Counted from the stretch's first letter, positions 26,495-39,696 are shown. The stretch: DNA of 64,000 nucleotides from Eledone cirrhosa (GCA_964016885.1 OZ024742.1:176638001-176702000); one strand, 5' to 3'. Numbers and translations: made by a program. Notes: generated from the sequence alone by a model not told the origin.

Positions 26495-29400
26495 ATGTCT
26501 AATGATGAAATCTCATACCGGATCGGCCGTCACCCGGGTAAAAAAGGGCCGCGTCCCTCAGAGAGGAACCAGACTGGGGTCGAAAAATCAGCTAATGGTT
26601 CAAACCTTCCCATCACTTCGGAGCTGGAGACCTCCCATAACCGGAATACTCCTACTGTTGGCCCTCCATGCTCACCACCAAGAAATCCAAAGAAAAAGAG
26701 AGAAAAATGGTCAAGGGAAGATAATAAAGAAGTCCTTGAGGCTTTCTACACTGCCATGTACTACCCATCAAATACATCGAATACAGAGCAAACATATATC
26801 AACTGGAAAAAGAAACATCCCGAAAACAGAGGCTATATTGACAGTAACAAACTAGCCAATATACGAAGAAATATTGTAAGAAAAAAGTTACTAACTGATA
26901 TAGAAATTGATCAGATCAAGCTAGTAGCACAAAGTCAGCGAAGGGAAAATGAAGCATGTGTCAGTGAAAACGAGGTAAACTGTAACACTTCGAATCCCAG
27001 AGTTGGGGCGGAATCACTGGCAATAGAACAAATTAAAGAAAGGAGCGAAAAAGTGGAGGGAGTGCATGCTCAGGATGAAACTCCAAATGAAAATAATGAG
27101 ATCGTAAATGATAAAGAAATGAATGAAAATGAACTTGCCAACTTGAAGGATGAAATTATGATCGAATGGATGAAAATGAAAGAATCTGACATGGGGGAAC
27201 GAGACACCCTCCCTAAGATCCAGAACTCCAAACAGAACCAAAAGATAATACACAATACTAACATAATTCTCAAAAACATTATCATCACAAACAAACTAAG
27301 CATTACTGACTTAAATCATCTCTATTATGCATCGGCTAAAGTCACCACTCACTTATGTGGAGTGAAGATGAAAAAACAAAGGAATTCCCACAAGAAATCT
27401 ACTTGGCAAGATAACATCAATCGCCAAATAAACCTTCTCCGATCTGACATAGAAATTTTAACAAACTATAAAGTAGGTGAACATGTTAAACAAACTAAAC
27501 TTAGAAAATTGAAAAAAAAGTACAGTATAAGATCAACATGTGACATAGACATGCTGATAGAAACAATCAAGCAAAAAGTGTCGGCCAAAGCTGCTCGTAT
27601 AAGGCGCTTTGAAAAACGATCTAGATTCTATAAGGACAATAATATGTTCAAAAACAACCAAAGAAACTTCTACAGAAAAATTGGTAAGTCAACAATAACT
27701 GCTAAATCAATACCACCCAAGGAGGAAGTGCAAGAATTCTGGGAAAAGATCTGGGCCGAAGAAAAAGTTCATAACATACATGCCCCATGGATAGACAGAC
27801 AAATGAAAGAAACAGCTCACCTTGAAGAACAAACATGGGAAAATATAACAGTTGAACAGCTGCGCTTGGCTCTAAGAAAAACCAGCAAATGGAAATCCCC
27901 AGGAAAAGACAAAATACAAAACTTTTGGATAAATGCCTTCACAGAGTCTCATGAGCTGTTAGCCCAACTTTACAATGAAATAGTTAAGGAGCCAGAAAAG
28001 ATACCATCATGGCTAGTTAACGGCATTACATTCCTGCTACCGAAGAATGATGAGACAAACAATCCCAAAAATTACAGACCGATAACCTGCTTGACCACAA
28101 TGTATAAAATTTTAACATCAGTCCTAACTGAATACACATATGACCACCTGATAACAAATGACCTATTTCCCATTGAGCAGAAAGGGTGTAAACGAGGCTC
28201 ATATGGCTGTAAGGATCAGCTTCTGGTTAACAAAATGATACTGGAAGATTGTCATAATAGACACAAAAATCTATCGATTGCTTGGATAGATTATAAAAAA
28301 GCATTTGATAGTTTGCCACACAGTTGGATTGAAAAATGTTTAGAGATTTTCAAAATATCCCCCGTTATCAGGAGGTTTTTGTCATTCAGTATGAGGACAT
28401 GGAGAACGACACTCCTTTTGAATAGTGAAACAAAATCACTGGAAGCTGGAGAAGTTAACATTAATTGTGGAATTTTTCAGGGTGACTCTTTATCACCGCT
28501 TTTATTCTGCATCGCACTTATACCATTAAGTAAAATGCTCAATGAAACAAAACATGGATATAGAGTCTATGACAAAACCATTAATCACCTGTTCTACATG
28601 GATGACCTGAAACTATTTGCAAAAAATGATGAACAATTGCAAGGGCTATTATCCACTGTGAAGCAGTTCAGTGATGACATTAAAATGGAGTTTGGACTGG
28701 ATAAATGCGCCAAAGCAACGTTCACCAGAGGAAAGCTGCTGAAGAGTTCAGACATTAATCTTGATCGGGGGAACGTGATAAGAGAGCTTGATCAAGAACA
28801 AACTTACAAATATCTAGGTGTTTGTGAAGGAGACGGAATCAAGCACTCGACAATGAGGGAAAGGATAAGGAAGGAATGTTACCGCAGAGTCAGAGCAATC
28901 TTAAGAACGGAATTGAATGCAAGGAATAGGATCGATGCCATAAACACGCTTGCCATACCAGTAGTAACCTACAGTTACAATGTCATCAACTGGTCAAGCA
29001 CAGAGATCCGTAGGCTCGATACAAAAATCCGAAAATTCTTAACCATGCACAGAATGCATCACCCTAAGGCAGACATAGATAGAATATATCTCCCTAGGAA
29101 AGAAGGAGGACGTGGGTTAATCCAGTTAGACATTGCGTTGAAAACTGCAACAATTGGATTATCCACATATCTAAGGGAATCACATGATTGGATGATCAAA
29201 CTCGTTTTGAAACACGAAAGCACCAAAAGATCATATTCCATTACAAAAGATGCACAAAGATACAGTAATGGACTACAAATTTCAGAAGCCCCATTTACTG
29301 CTGAAATGGAAAACACAAAAAAAGCAAAGCAGGTAAAAGTAACTGCAAAGAAAGAACTGCTACAGAAACTGGCTAAGAAATGGCAAGAAAAGCCTCTGTA

Positions 29401-29821
29401 TGGAAAATACCCAGAGCGAGCTAACAATCCTGATGTTGACAAAACTTTAACCCATCAGTGGTTGGCATCCTCTGGACTGAAATCGGAGACTGAAGGACTG
29501 ATTATATCCGCACAAGATCAGTGTCTGCCAACAAAAAATTACCAAGCCAACATAATAAAAAATGGGTGCAGCCCATTATGCCGTGTATGCAAAAAACAAC
29601 CAGAGACCATTGACCATATAATTTCAATGTGCAGTCCTATAGCTCCAACCGAATACCTAAACAGGCATGACAGAGCTGCACAATACATACATTGGATAAT
29701 GTGCAAGCCTTTGACCTGCCCCATCAAAAGAATTGGTGGGAGCATCAACCACCTCCCATACTTGAAAAAGATCACATCTCAATCTTGTGGAACTTTAGCA
29801 TCCAAACAGACCGAAAAATAG
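26495..29821 (+). CDS. R4/Dong-type polyprotein: N-terminal region, reverse transcriptase, CCHC knuckle; frameshifted near 29708
   Basis: 1108-aa ORF with [53 protein letters not shown]. Confidence 0.93.
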   Translation: MSNDEISYRIGRHPGKKGPRPSERNQTGVEKSANGSNLPITSELETSHNRNTPTVGPPCSPPRNPKKKREKWSREDNKEVLEAFYTAMYYPSNTSNTEQTYINWKKKHPENRGYIDSNKLANIRRNIVRKKLLTDIEIDQIKLVAQSQRRENEACVSENEVNCNTSNPRVGAESLAIEQIKERSEKVEGVHAQDETPNENNEIVNDKEMNENELANLKDEIMIEWMKMKESDMGERDTLPKIQNSKQNQKIIHNTNIILKNIIITNKLSITDLNHLYYASAKVTTHLCGVKMKKQRNSHKKSTWQDNINRQINLLRSDIEILTNYKVGEHVKQTKLRKLKKKYSIRSTCDIDMLIETIKQKVSAKAARIRRFEKRSRFYKDNNMFKNNQRNFYRKIGKSTITAKSIPPKEEVQEFWEKIWAEEKVHNIHAPWIDRQMKETAHLEEQTWENITVEQLRLALRKTSKWKSPGKDKIQNFWINAFTESHELLAQLYNEIVKEPEKIPSWLVNGITFLLPKNDETNNPKNYRPITCLTTMYKILTSVLTEYTYDHLITNDLFPIEQKGCKRGSYGCKDQLLVNKMILEDCHNRHKNLSIAWIDYKKAFDSLPHSWIEKCLEIFKISPVIRRFLSFSMRTWRTTLLLNSETKSLEAGEVNINCGIFQGDSLSPLLFCIALIPLSKMLNETKHGYRVYDKTINHLFYMDDLKLFAKNDEQLQGLLSTVKQFSDDIKMEFGLDKCAKATFTRGKLLKSSDINLDRGNVIRELDQEQTYKYLGVCEGDGIKHSTMRERIRKECYRRVRAILRTELNARNRIDAINTLAIPVVTYSYNVINWSSTEIRRLDTKIRKFLTMHRMHHPKADIDRIYLPRKEGGRGLIQLDIALKTATIGLSTYLRESHDWMIKLVLKHESTKRSYSITKDAQRYSNGLQISEAPFTAEMENTKKAKQVKVTAKKELLQKLAKKWQEKPLYGKYPERANNPDVDKTLTHQWLASSGLKSETEGLIISAQDQCLPTKNYQANIIKNGCSPLCRVCKKQPETIDHIISMCSPIAPTEYLNRHDRAAQYIHWIMCKPLTCPIKRIGGSINHLPYLKKITSQSCGTLASKQTEK

Positions 29822-30144
29822 ATGCAAATAGACCTGATATAATATTGAAGGACTTTCAAAGGAGGGTATGCCTGCTAATTGATATGTCTGTTCCAATAGA
29901 CAAGAATGTATCTATAAAAACATTTGAAAAATTGAGCAAGTATAAGGACCTGGAGATAGAAATTGGAAAAATGTGGAAATTGAGAACTAAAACAATACCA
30001 GTGGTTGTAGGCGCTCTGGGAATGATACCTAAGGGGTCTAACGACTACTTATCGCAAATCCCAGGAAACCCGCGTATAGGAGAAATACAAAAGATAGTAC
30101 TAATGGGAACTGCCCATATACTAAGGAAGATCCTGTCAATATAA
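29692..30144 (+). CDS. Restriction-like endonuclease (PD-D/ExK) C-terminus of the same polyprotein
   Basis: NRPDIILKD..LLIDMSVP..EKLSKYKDL. One base is missing relative to copy B2 (aagcctttgac vs aagcattttgac). Confidence 0.9.
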   Translation: MDNVQAFDLPHQKNWWEHQPPPILEKDHISILWNFSIQTDRKIDANRPDIILKDFQRRVCLLIDMSVPIDKNVSIKTFEKLSKYKDLEIEIGKMWKLRTKTIPVVVGALGMIPKGSNDYLSQIPGNPRIGEIQKIVLMGTAHILRKILSI

Positions 30145-30302
30145 GTACATCACAAGTCTAAACACTAAGGATGCATGTGTGAATATGTGTGTTCTTTCTT
30201 GAACATGGCGGACCTTGTTGTCTCTTGAGGTCACTGGTTGTGACTTGGTGATAACTCGTATAAACATAAAGCAAGATAAATGCAAATAATAATAATAATA
30301 AT

Positions 30303-33300
30303 GATTTCTTTTATTAGCCACCAGGGCCGACATGTAGGGGACAATACAAAGACAGGGACAGTGGGGGGTTTACAATAAGGTGGAGTAAAATTGCACAACT
30401 GCACGACTAATTTAACAATGAAAATATAAAAATATAAAATAAACTATGCATAAATATAATAAAATAAATTCCCCGATAGGGGGTGTACGCCCCTGGGGTG
30501 CTTCAATCCTGAACCACCCTCCGCTTCTAGGGCACCCAGGGAGAGCACCCCTCTCCTCAAGTTAGCTAGCCTATAGGCGCATGCTCAGAGTAGGCCCATT
30601 CACACGAGCCATTGTCGCCACGTTCACCCATCTTTTAGCAAATGTACTGGAGGGCAGCACTTCTCTCTCCACCCTCACCTTCCTTTCCAGGTGAAACTTG
30701 AAGAAATTGATGAGGGATTGGCCGAAGAGAAAAGTGTCTGTCTTTAGTCCTTTCAACGTGGTCCACCATATAATCTCTTTCGCAACTGCCACCAGACAGA
30801 GGAAAATTTCCTGCTCTTCCTGACTTAAGGAAGGCGGTGGATCGATCTTCACTATGGACTCGGCCGATAGTCGGATTCGTTCCACACGCGAAGAGTAGCT
30901 GTTCGACATAACTCCACAAGTCAGTAATGCACGGATATTGGACAAGTGCGTGCAGACCGGTTTCGTCGTTCTGTGCGCACGTTGCGCAGGTCCGTCTGAC
31001 AGCACTTCCGTGCCTGTAGAGTTTATCCCGAACCGGCAGTGCCCCCCCCCCCCGGTAGCACTGCCAAGCGAGGGATTTCTGGAAATTGTCCGTCGTCCCC
31101 GGCTCAAAAGTCCTCCGGTACAGACTGGTCAGTTCGACTTCGTCGAGGCCCAAAGCTTCTCCGAGTGCGTCATCGCACTTGCCCACCACTAATCCTCTAT
31201 AAAACTCGAGAGTGGAAGTTCCACTGATCGCATTGCCCGCTTGGTAGAGGGCAGTGAGTGCCTGGCAACATTCCAGGTGCCAGTCACCCAGTCTCGCTCT
31301 CTTCTTGACGCAGGACTGCAGCTCAGTCAGAGAAATGAGCTGCGGATAGGCCCGTCTGATAAACGGCGACCACACCTGTTCACCGTTGAGGCAGAATATC
31401 TGGAGATGTCGCAGCCTCAACGCATGTCTGCGCATCATGAGATTCGTCATGCCCAGCGCTCCGCGTAGAGGGTGCTGACAGCAGATGGACCGCCTCACCA
31501 ACGGATCTTGTCCCATCCACAAGAATTTGAAGAGGAGCCGTTCCAGTTTGACGAGGCGCGGCGGGGGCAAGGCACGACGGTCAGGCGGTAGTAGATGACG
31601 GACGCGATGTACGCATTCGCCGCCTCCGCGCGACCTTTCAGTGATAGCTTCCTCCCAGCCCATTTTGGGGTGAGACTGGCTACTCTGCTCTTTACCTCGT
31701 CCCAATTATTTTCCACCTGGAGGTCTGGTCCGAACCAAACCCGAGCAACTTTACCGGTCCGTCCGTCCAGCGCCCCACGACGCTGTTGGACGGCATGGGC
31801 TTGCCTCTCCAGGTTCAGAGCAGCAAGCCCACCGACATTTCCGGGTTAAGTTTGGCTCCTGTCAACCTTTCATATTCCTTCAATAAGGTGCCTACCACCT
31901 CGATTTCTGAGGTGTTCGACACCATCACGGTGATGTCGTCCGCATAAGCCGACACCGCCTTTCCACGTCCCGGTTCGAGCGGGATGCCCTGCAACAGCTC
32001 CAGCTTCCGCAGTAAAGGCTCGAGAGTCAATACGAACAGAAGGGAAGAGAGAGGACACACTTGACGGACCGATCGGGATAGCCGAAATGGTTCCGATAGG
32101 TGGCCATTAACCTTGACCACCGAGCATGTGTCGCTGTGCATTGCAACGATCCAGCTTCTAAAGACAGGGCCGAGGCCAGCTGCTTTGAGGACAAACTCCA
32201 GATACCGATGGTCGACCCTATCGAATGCTTTCGATTGATCTAAATTGATCAGAGTCCCACCGAAGCCAGGTTTACACTCTACCATCTCTATGATGTATCT
32301 CATGAGGTGGAGATTGTCGTGTATGGACCTGGCTGGGATTGCGCAAGTTTGCGCCTCCCCAACCAAATCCTCGACGACAAGCGCCAATCTCTTTGCTAAC
32401 ACCCTGGCCAAAATCTGAAACTCTGTGTTGAGCAGAGTTATGGGCCTGAAGTTGTCTAATGTATCCCTCTTGTTCTCGTCTTTTCTTATCAGCGTCACCA
32501 CTCCCCTGCTCACAGAACTGGGAATACTCCCATTCTGCTGCCAGTTGCAGTAGAGTGCTTCAAGGAGTTCGGAGAACTAGTGTGGCATATTTATGTAAAG
32601 CTCGTAGGGCAGGCCATCCAAACCGGGTGACTTGCGCCTAATGCAGCCGACAAGGGCGTCCTGAATTTCGGCTGAAGTAATCGGCCTTTCGCAGCGCTCA
32701 GCGTCGACCGACGAGATGCGCGGCAAGCCGTCAAGATAGGGACTGAAATCCGCTACTCTCTCTGACTCACCACTCTCTCAGAAACAACAGAGCAAAGTGC
32801 TGGCGAAAGGCCTCAGACATCCGCTTGGAATCGCTTATCTCGTGTCCGTCTCGGTCCGCCAAAGACCGAATTGTGGTTTCATTACCACGCTGCGCCTCCG
32901 CCACGCGGGCCCATCGAACAGCTTTAGTTCCCTCGTTACTCAGAGCACGCGCCTTAGCTCTGACAATGCAACCTTCGTGTTTGGCATTGAAGAAATGGTC
33001 TAATGCCATTCTCGCCCCTAGCACGTCAGTTGCGATGCCACTACAAATAGCCTCGTCTAACTTATCTACCAGCTCCCCCTCCTGTCTATTTTTCTCTAAC
33101 GCTAGTTCTATGCTGAACTCTATCGAAGTTACTTTAATCTCTCTTTTGAGAGCCACCCACCATCTGTTGTTGATGATCCCCCCTGTCAACTTTTGTTTAA
33201 CTAAATTCTTGACTCGGTCCCTGTAAGCCTTACGTGCCGGAAATGACATGTTCAGCTTCCAGTAACCCGGTCCTAACCTACGCGTTTTATTTAGGTCGAC

Positions 33301-35982
33301 CGTACAGATCACAAATTTGTGATCTGAATAGGCGACCGTTTTAAAAAGTGGACAGCCCACACTATTTCTATCTATTTTCCTAATGAAGATCCTGTCTATA
33401 TACGATCTAGATGACCCCATTCGGTTGGTCCATGTCCATACTTGTACATTGGGGAAATCTAGTCGATACCTGACAGACAGTTGGAACTGGCTGAGTAGGT
33501 GCTTGAGGCTTTTGCACCCCCACTCCTATCGGCTACTCCCACACAATCCCAGCGTGCGTCCAAGATGCCATTCCAGTCCCTCGCTAACAGTATAGGGCGA
33601 TCGTACCTAGAAAGGTCTCCAGGCGCCTAAAGATGTCAGGTCGTCTGACGCCTGTAGGGGCGTAGACGGCCAGCAGTCTAAAGGCACCACCTTCGCTACT
33701 TCTCACATCCAAGACGACCAACTTACTGTCCGGGTCCCGGAAGATCGAACTTACCTCGAGATCCAGTCCTTTCCTAAACAGCACTTCCACCCCTCATACC
33801 CGGCCTGCTAACAGATTCGAAGATCTGATAGTTGTCGAAAATGGGGGCTAGTGCGCGCGTGTCGGAAATTATGGTCTCGCTTACGGCAATCACATCCATT
33901 TCCAGCGACCTGAGGTCGTTGAGCAGGCGACCCTGCTTCCAGGGTGACCCCAGGTCGCGAACATTTAAACTTCCTACTCTTAATATGGCCATATGTGTAA
34001 GCTAAGAGAGAGATAGGGAAGGTTTACTTACCTCCCGGGTCTTGTGAAGGTCCTGTTGGTTCGACCTCCATGGTTGGTGGGGTTTCTTTTGAGAACCCCT
34101 TTAAAAGTCTTGATGTGGGTTTCACATTCGGGGTTCCCACGTCTTGAGGAAAGCTCTCTCGAATTTCTTTGAAAGAATTGAGTGACATTCGGACCAGAAG
34201 CAAATCTTCTGGCACGCAAAATGTGCTCATTTCAAAAATCTCCCCCTCTGTTTGAATGTCCTCGCTTCGCGCTAAGAGGGCCATCAGTTTATCGTTGACC
34301 CTTCTGACAAGCACGAAGTTTTTAACATTTTGTTGGTGTGGTTTTATTTGTTTTCGTTTTGGTGAAGGTGTTGGCGATGGTTTTGGTGGCGTTGTTTCGG
34401 GTATGTCTATGTTTGTTGTAGGTGTGGTGTCTGCAATTTCAGGTATTTGTGTGTTTATTTGTACTTGTGTTTGTTTAGGTTGTTTGCGTTTCGGGGATTG
34501 TGGAGGTGGTGTCGATGTTGCTGATGGTGCTGATGTTATTGGGGAAGTGTTTGCGTTAGTGGTGTCTGTATTTTTTGTTGTGTGTGTTTTTGTGTTTTGT
34601 TGGGGCTTTTTTTTGTGAGTTTTCTGTTTTTTTGCACTTTTGGGTTTTCCTTCATCTTCGCTGCTGGAAGACAAAGGGTCTGTGTCTGTGAGTGTCTCTG
34701 TGTCTGTGTGTGCGTTTATTGTTTTGTCTATGTGTATAATTGGGGGAGGGGGGGGGTAGGGGGAGTGGGAGAGCTTTCCTCGTTTTCTCCTTGGATTGGT
34801 TTTGGTGTAGGTGGTGATCCGGCTGTATTTGATGTTGGTGTCCGTGTTTTTGTTGATGTTGTTTTTGGTGGTGGTGGTGCAACTTTCCGTTCTGACACTG
34901 GCGTTGGCAACAAAGGAGGTTTGCGACCCTCTGCATTTTTGCGCTGAGGGCAGAAGGCTTGAAGATGCGTTGCTTCCCCGCAGACGAAGCAGCGTGGCCT
35001 TCTTCCGTCAATCATTAGTTGGATTGTTGTCCCGTCCTGCAGGCGGGCAAAATCCGGGATGTTATTCATATCCTCCGGTTTCATTTGGAGTAGAATCTCC
35101 AAAGACATTCCGGACCAGTCTTCTCTCTCTGTCCTTTTGATGTCCAGGAGGGTGGTGTCTGTCCCCTCCTCGATTACGCATCCCAGCAGCCACCATATGT
35201 TCATTCCTGGTGGGATGCTGGGAATGCGTACCTTCACTGTCCTTTTACCCATATAGGACGGATGCATGATAATGCGTTCCGTTCTGCAGGGGGTCACCGA
35301 TTGCTTAATAGCGAGGGCCTCGGTTTTGAACAGTACCGAGATGGTACCGAACTGTTTGCCTCTTGCTTTGTACTCTATGTTACTTCCGATGTACTCCAAA
35401 GCAGCCTCTACCTCTGCTTGGCTCGCAAGTTCCACTTTTCGTGTCTGCACCGAAATACATCGAAAGAGCACCGTCCTCCTTTGCATGGCCGCTATTGCCT
35501 CGTCTGGGATGGTCAGGTTTGCCCAGGACTTCTCCCGTTTAATTAGCCTCCACGCTTTGGCCAACTGTTCGTCTTTATCGCTAATATCAATATCAATATT
35601 CAATAAGCGCTATGTTTTTGCTGCTGCTGCAGTAAATGTGGTGTTTCTGATGCTCTTATTGTTGATGTCATTCTTGCTGTTGTTATTGGTGTTGCCACCG
35701 CCATCCTTGTTTACATTGAAGCTGTCGGTGTTATTGTCGTTATTGGTCTGAGTTGTTGTTGTGGTGGTGGTGGTGGTGGTGGCGGTGGTGGTGATGTCGT
35801 TTTCAGATGATACTGCTGCTATCGCAGAAGGTTGTGATGGTAGCTTTTGAGTTTTGCCTTCACATTCAGTAGAGTGGATGACAGGCATGACTGTAGCCGT
35901 CGTAGTCGTGGTGAAATCTACAGTGGCTGTCGCTAAACGTTTGACCTGAACGTTGTTTACCGTTTCAAGGTCGAACATTTCC
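30303..35982 (-). mobile_element. Tx1-clade (L1 group) non-LTR retrotransposon, family A copy 1, lacking its 5' UTR
   Basis: ORF1 plus APE-RT ORF2; AATAAA followed by (ATT)n at the 3' end. Confidence 0.92.
30571..33992 (-). pseudogene. Tx1 ORF2: AP endonuclease + RT + C-terminal Cys motif, multiple frameshifts
   Basis: GSLNVRDL, VSET, VYAP, SYIDRIF, YSDHK, GYWKLN, FRPITLLN, LDQSKAFDRVDH, AYADDIT. Confidence 0.92.
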
Positions 35983-35984
35983 AT
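34024..35984 (-). pseudogene. Tx1 ORF1 (gag-like, CCHC knuckle, T/P-rich linkers); one stop and one frameshift
   Basis: GRRPRCFVCGEATHLQAFCP (CX2CX4HX4C). Confidence 0.85.
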
Positions 35985-35987
35985 AAT

Positions 35988-38900
35988 TTTCGATTGATCT
36001 AAATTGATCAGAGTCCCACCGAGGCCAGGTTTACGCCCTACCCTCTCTATAATGTATCGTATTAGGTGGAGGTTGTCGTGTATGGACCTGGTTGGGATTG
36101 CGCAAGTTTGCGCCTCCACAACCAAATGCCCGACGACAAGCGCCAACCTCTTCGCTAACACCCTGGCCAAAATCTGAAACTCTGTGTTGAGCTGAGTTAT
36201 GGGCCTGAAATTGTCTAATGTGTCCCTCTTGTTATCGTCTTTCCTTATCAGCGTCACTACGCCCCGGCTCACAGAACTGGGAATACTCCCGTGTTGCTGC
36301 CAGTTGCAGTAGATGGCTTCAAGGAGATTGGAGAACAAGTCTGGCATATTTACGTAAAGCTCGTAGGGCAGACCATCCAAACCGGGTGACTTGCGCCTCA
36401 TGTAACCGACAAGGGTATCCTGAATCTCGGCTGAAGTAATCGGCCTATCGCAGCGCCCAGCGTCAGCCGTCGAGAGTTGCGGCAAGCCATCGAGGTAGTG
36501 ACTGAAGTCCGCCACCATCTCTGACCCGCCACTTCCCCCGAACAACCGAGCAAAATGTTTGAGAAAGGCCTCACACATCCTCTTGGAATCGCTCCGCTCG
36601 TGCCCATCTCGGTCCGTCAAAGACCGAATCGTGGTTTTATTACCACGTTGCGCCTCTGCCACGCGGGCCCATCGAACAGCTTTGGTTCCCTCGTCTCTCA
36701 GAGCACGCGCCTTAGCTCTGACAATGCAACCTTCGTGTTTCTCATTGAGGAAATGGTCTAATGCCATTCTCGCCGCTAGCACGTCAGTTGCAATGCACTA
36801 CCAACAGCCTCGTCTAACTTATCTACCAACTCCCCCTCATTTCTATTTTTCTCTAACGATAATTCTTTGCTAAACTCTATCGACATTACTCTAATCTCTC
36901 TTTTGAGAGCCCCCCCCCCCCCTATCGTTGACCCCCCCCCCCCCCTGTCAACTTTTTCTTAACTAAATTGTTGACCCGGTCCCTGTAAGCCTTACATGCC
37001 AGAAATGACATGTTTGGCTTCCGGTAGCCAGGTTCTAACCTACGCGTCTTATCTAGGTCGACTATACAGATCACAAACTTGTGATCTGAATAGGCGACCG
37101 TTTCAAAACCTTTTTCAGCTTACACTATTTCTGTCTATTTTCCTAATGAATATCCTGTCTATATACGATCTAGATGACCCTATGCGGTTAGCCCAGGTCC
37201 ACTCTGGAGTATTAGGGAAATCTAGTCGGTACCTGTCAGACAGTTGGGACTGGCTGATCTGCTCTCGCTGACAGCAATTACATCCATTTCTATAGACTTG
37301 AGGTCGTTGAGCAGGTGACCCTGCTTCCAGGACGATCCCAGGCCTCGAACATTTAAGCATCCTACTCTTAATACGGCCATGTTGGCAGGTTAAAAAGAGA
37401 GAGAGGAAGGTTTACTTACCTTTCGGGCTCTTGTGAAGGTCGGGCTGTTCGACCTCCATAGTTGGTTGGTTTCTTTTGGGAACCCCTTTAAAAGCCTTGA
37501 AGTGGGTTTTACGTTCGGGGTTCCCACGTCCCAAGGAAAGCTGTATCGTATTTCTTTGAATATATCGATCGACATTCGCACCAGAACCAAATCTTCCAGC
37601 ACGCGAAATGTGCTCCATTTAAAAATGTCCCCCTCTTTTTGTATATTTTCACTTCGTGCTACGAGGGCCATCAGTTCCTTGTTGGCCCTCCTGACGAGCA
37701 CGAAGTTTTGTATGTTTTGTTGGTGTGATTTTGTTTGTTTGCGTGGCAGTGGTGGTGATGGTTTTGGTGGTGTTGTTTCGGTTGTGTCTGTGTTTGTTGT
37801 GAGTGCGGTGTCTGTAGTTTCAGATGTTTGTGTGTATATTTGTTCTTGCGTCTGTTTAGGTTGTTTGCGTTTGGGGGATTCTGGTGATGGTGATGGTGGT
37901 GTTGATGTTATTGGAGAGATGTTTGCTTGGGTGGTGTCTGCGTTTTTTTATTATGGGTGATTTTGCTCTTTGTTTAGTTTTTTTTTTCTTTTTGTGTTTC
38001 CTTTTTTTGTATTCTGGGGGATTTGGGTTTTCCCTCATCTTCACTACTAGTAGATGAGGGGTATGTGTCTGGAAGTGTGTTTGTAGGTATGTTTATGGTT
38101 TTACTGGTGTGTGTATTTTTTTTTTGGGGGGGGGGGGAATTAGACAGCTTTCCTCGTTTCCCACTTGGGTGGTCAATGTTGGTGGTGGTCTTTCTATTGG
38201 TGGTTTTGCCGGTGCTGGTGTTGGTTGTGGTCCTCGCCCCGGCGTCGGCAGCAGTGGAGCCTTTCGACCCCTTGCCTCTTTCAGCAGTTGAGGGCAGGAG
38301 GCTCGCAAATGGGTTTTTTCCCCACAAACAAAACACTGCGGCCTTTTGCCTTCGGTCATAATGTGAATGACCGTCCCATTCTGATGGCGGATGTGGTCCA
38401 GGATTGTCTTCACATTCTCGGGCCTGATCTGGAGAAGGATCTCCAGGTCAACGCCGGACCAGTCCTCTCTGGCCGTTCTGGTCACTTCTATAGGGACGGT
38501 ATCCGTCCCCTCAACAATCACACATCCCAGAAGCCACCACATGTCAAGTCTTGGTGGGATTCTGGGAATGCGGAGACGGGCCGTTCTTTTTCCCATGTGG
38601 GAGGTGTATATTATGACCTTGTTGGTTTTGCAAGGAGTCATAGCGTGTTTCATAGCGAGGGCTTCTGACTTGAACAACACCGAAATGGTGCCGTACTGTC
38701 TGCCCCTCTCTATGTATTGGGTGTCTTCTCTGATGTACCTCAGCGTGACTTCAACATCTTATTGGGGGATTAAAGCTGCCCTTTTGGTTTGTGCTGAGAT
38801 GCATCTATAATGCACCGTTCTGCGCTCCACTGCCTCGATAACTTATACCGGGACAGTTAAGTTGGTCCAGGTTTGCTCTTGCTTGATGAGCTTCCATGCC

Positions 38901-39579
38901 TGGGCCAACTCTTCATCTTTGTTTGAGACGTCCATGTTAAAGCATGGCCTCTTTTTTGCTGTGAAAGTGTTCTTCTTGTTTTCGTTGGGGGTGTTGTTGT
39001 CGTTGTCGTTGTTCTTGTTGGTGTTGTTGTTAGCACTGTCGCTGTTATCATTGTTGTCTTTGTTGCCACCGTTGTTATCGGTGCAGTTGGTATTGTTGCT
39101 GCTGGTGTTGTCGCTATTTGTTTTCATGTTAGTGGTGTTGATATTGTTGTGCATTTGTTATTTGTTTTTGTTATCTGTATTTCCGTTGTGGCTGTTATTG
39201 TCATTTTTTTTCAAAATTAGAGTCCTCATTGGTATCATTGGTGTCTTTGTTTACATTGTTTGTGGTGGTGATTGTGTTATCAATTTGTGTTAGTTTCGCT
39301 GTAGCGCTCCTCTCAACTTCCACGTCGTTATCGCACGACAGCAGACATATCGCTGGGGGCATGGCTCAGCCATGTTATTTTTTCTCCGTAAATTTTTTAA
39401 CATGTAAAATAAGTTCAAATATTTGGGCCAAAAGACCCAAATATTATACTTTCCCGTTCACAGGGCAACATCTAAGGGTTATATCCCTTACACAACAAGA
39501 AATATTTAACAACAAATCATTTTAACAGACAAATAAAGCGACTTACTGGGACCGAGCCAAAAAGACGTCCGAACAGACC
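35988..39579 (-). mobile_element. Tx1 family A copy 2: 5' end, ORF1 (about 37412-39370) and a deleted, 3'-truncated ORF2
   Basis: Begins after (ATT)n at 39580; CFVCGEKTHLRASC; APE internally deleted near 37260; RT breaks off at LINLDQSK. Confidence 0.88.
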
Positions 39580-39589
39580 AATAATAATA

Positions 39590-39696
39590 ATTATTATTAT
39601 TTCTACTTTAGGCACAAGGCCAGAAATTACCCAGTGCAACACTGGTACTTTATTTTATCGAACCCGTAAGGATGAAAGGCAAAGTCAACCTCGGCG
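39590..39696 (-). mobile_element. SINE copy (5'-truncated) inside a (TAA)n tract
   Basis: Family match; TAA repeats on both sides. Confidence 0.88.

Larger units (their letters stand above)
26311..30284 (+). mobile_element. Near-intact full-length R4/Dong-type element, family B copy 1, with (TAA)n tail at 30285-30302
   Basis: Single long ORF with RT, CCHC and RLE, and a 140-bp 3' UTR shared by copies B2-B4; 5' boundary approximate. Confidence 0.95.

Noticed and set aside
34002-34031. 30-nt intron fusing ORF1 to ORF2 in Tx1-A1
   Set aside because: The AG is absent from the other two spacers and the product would be out of frame.
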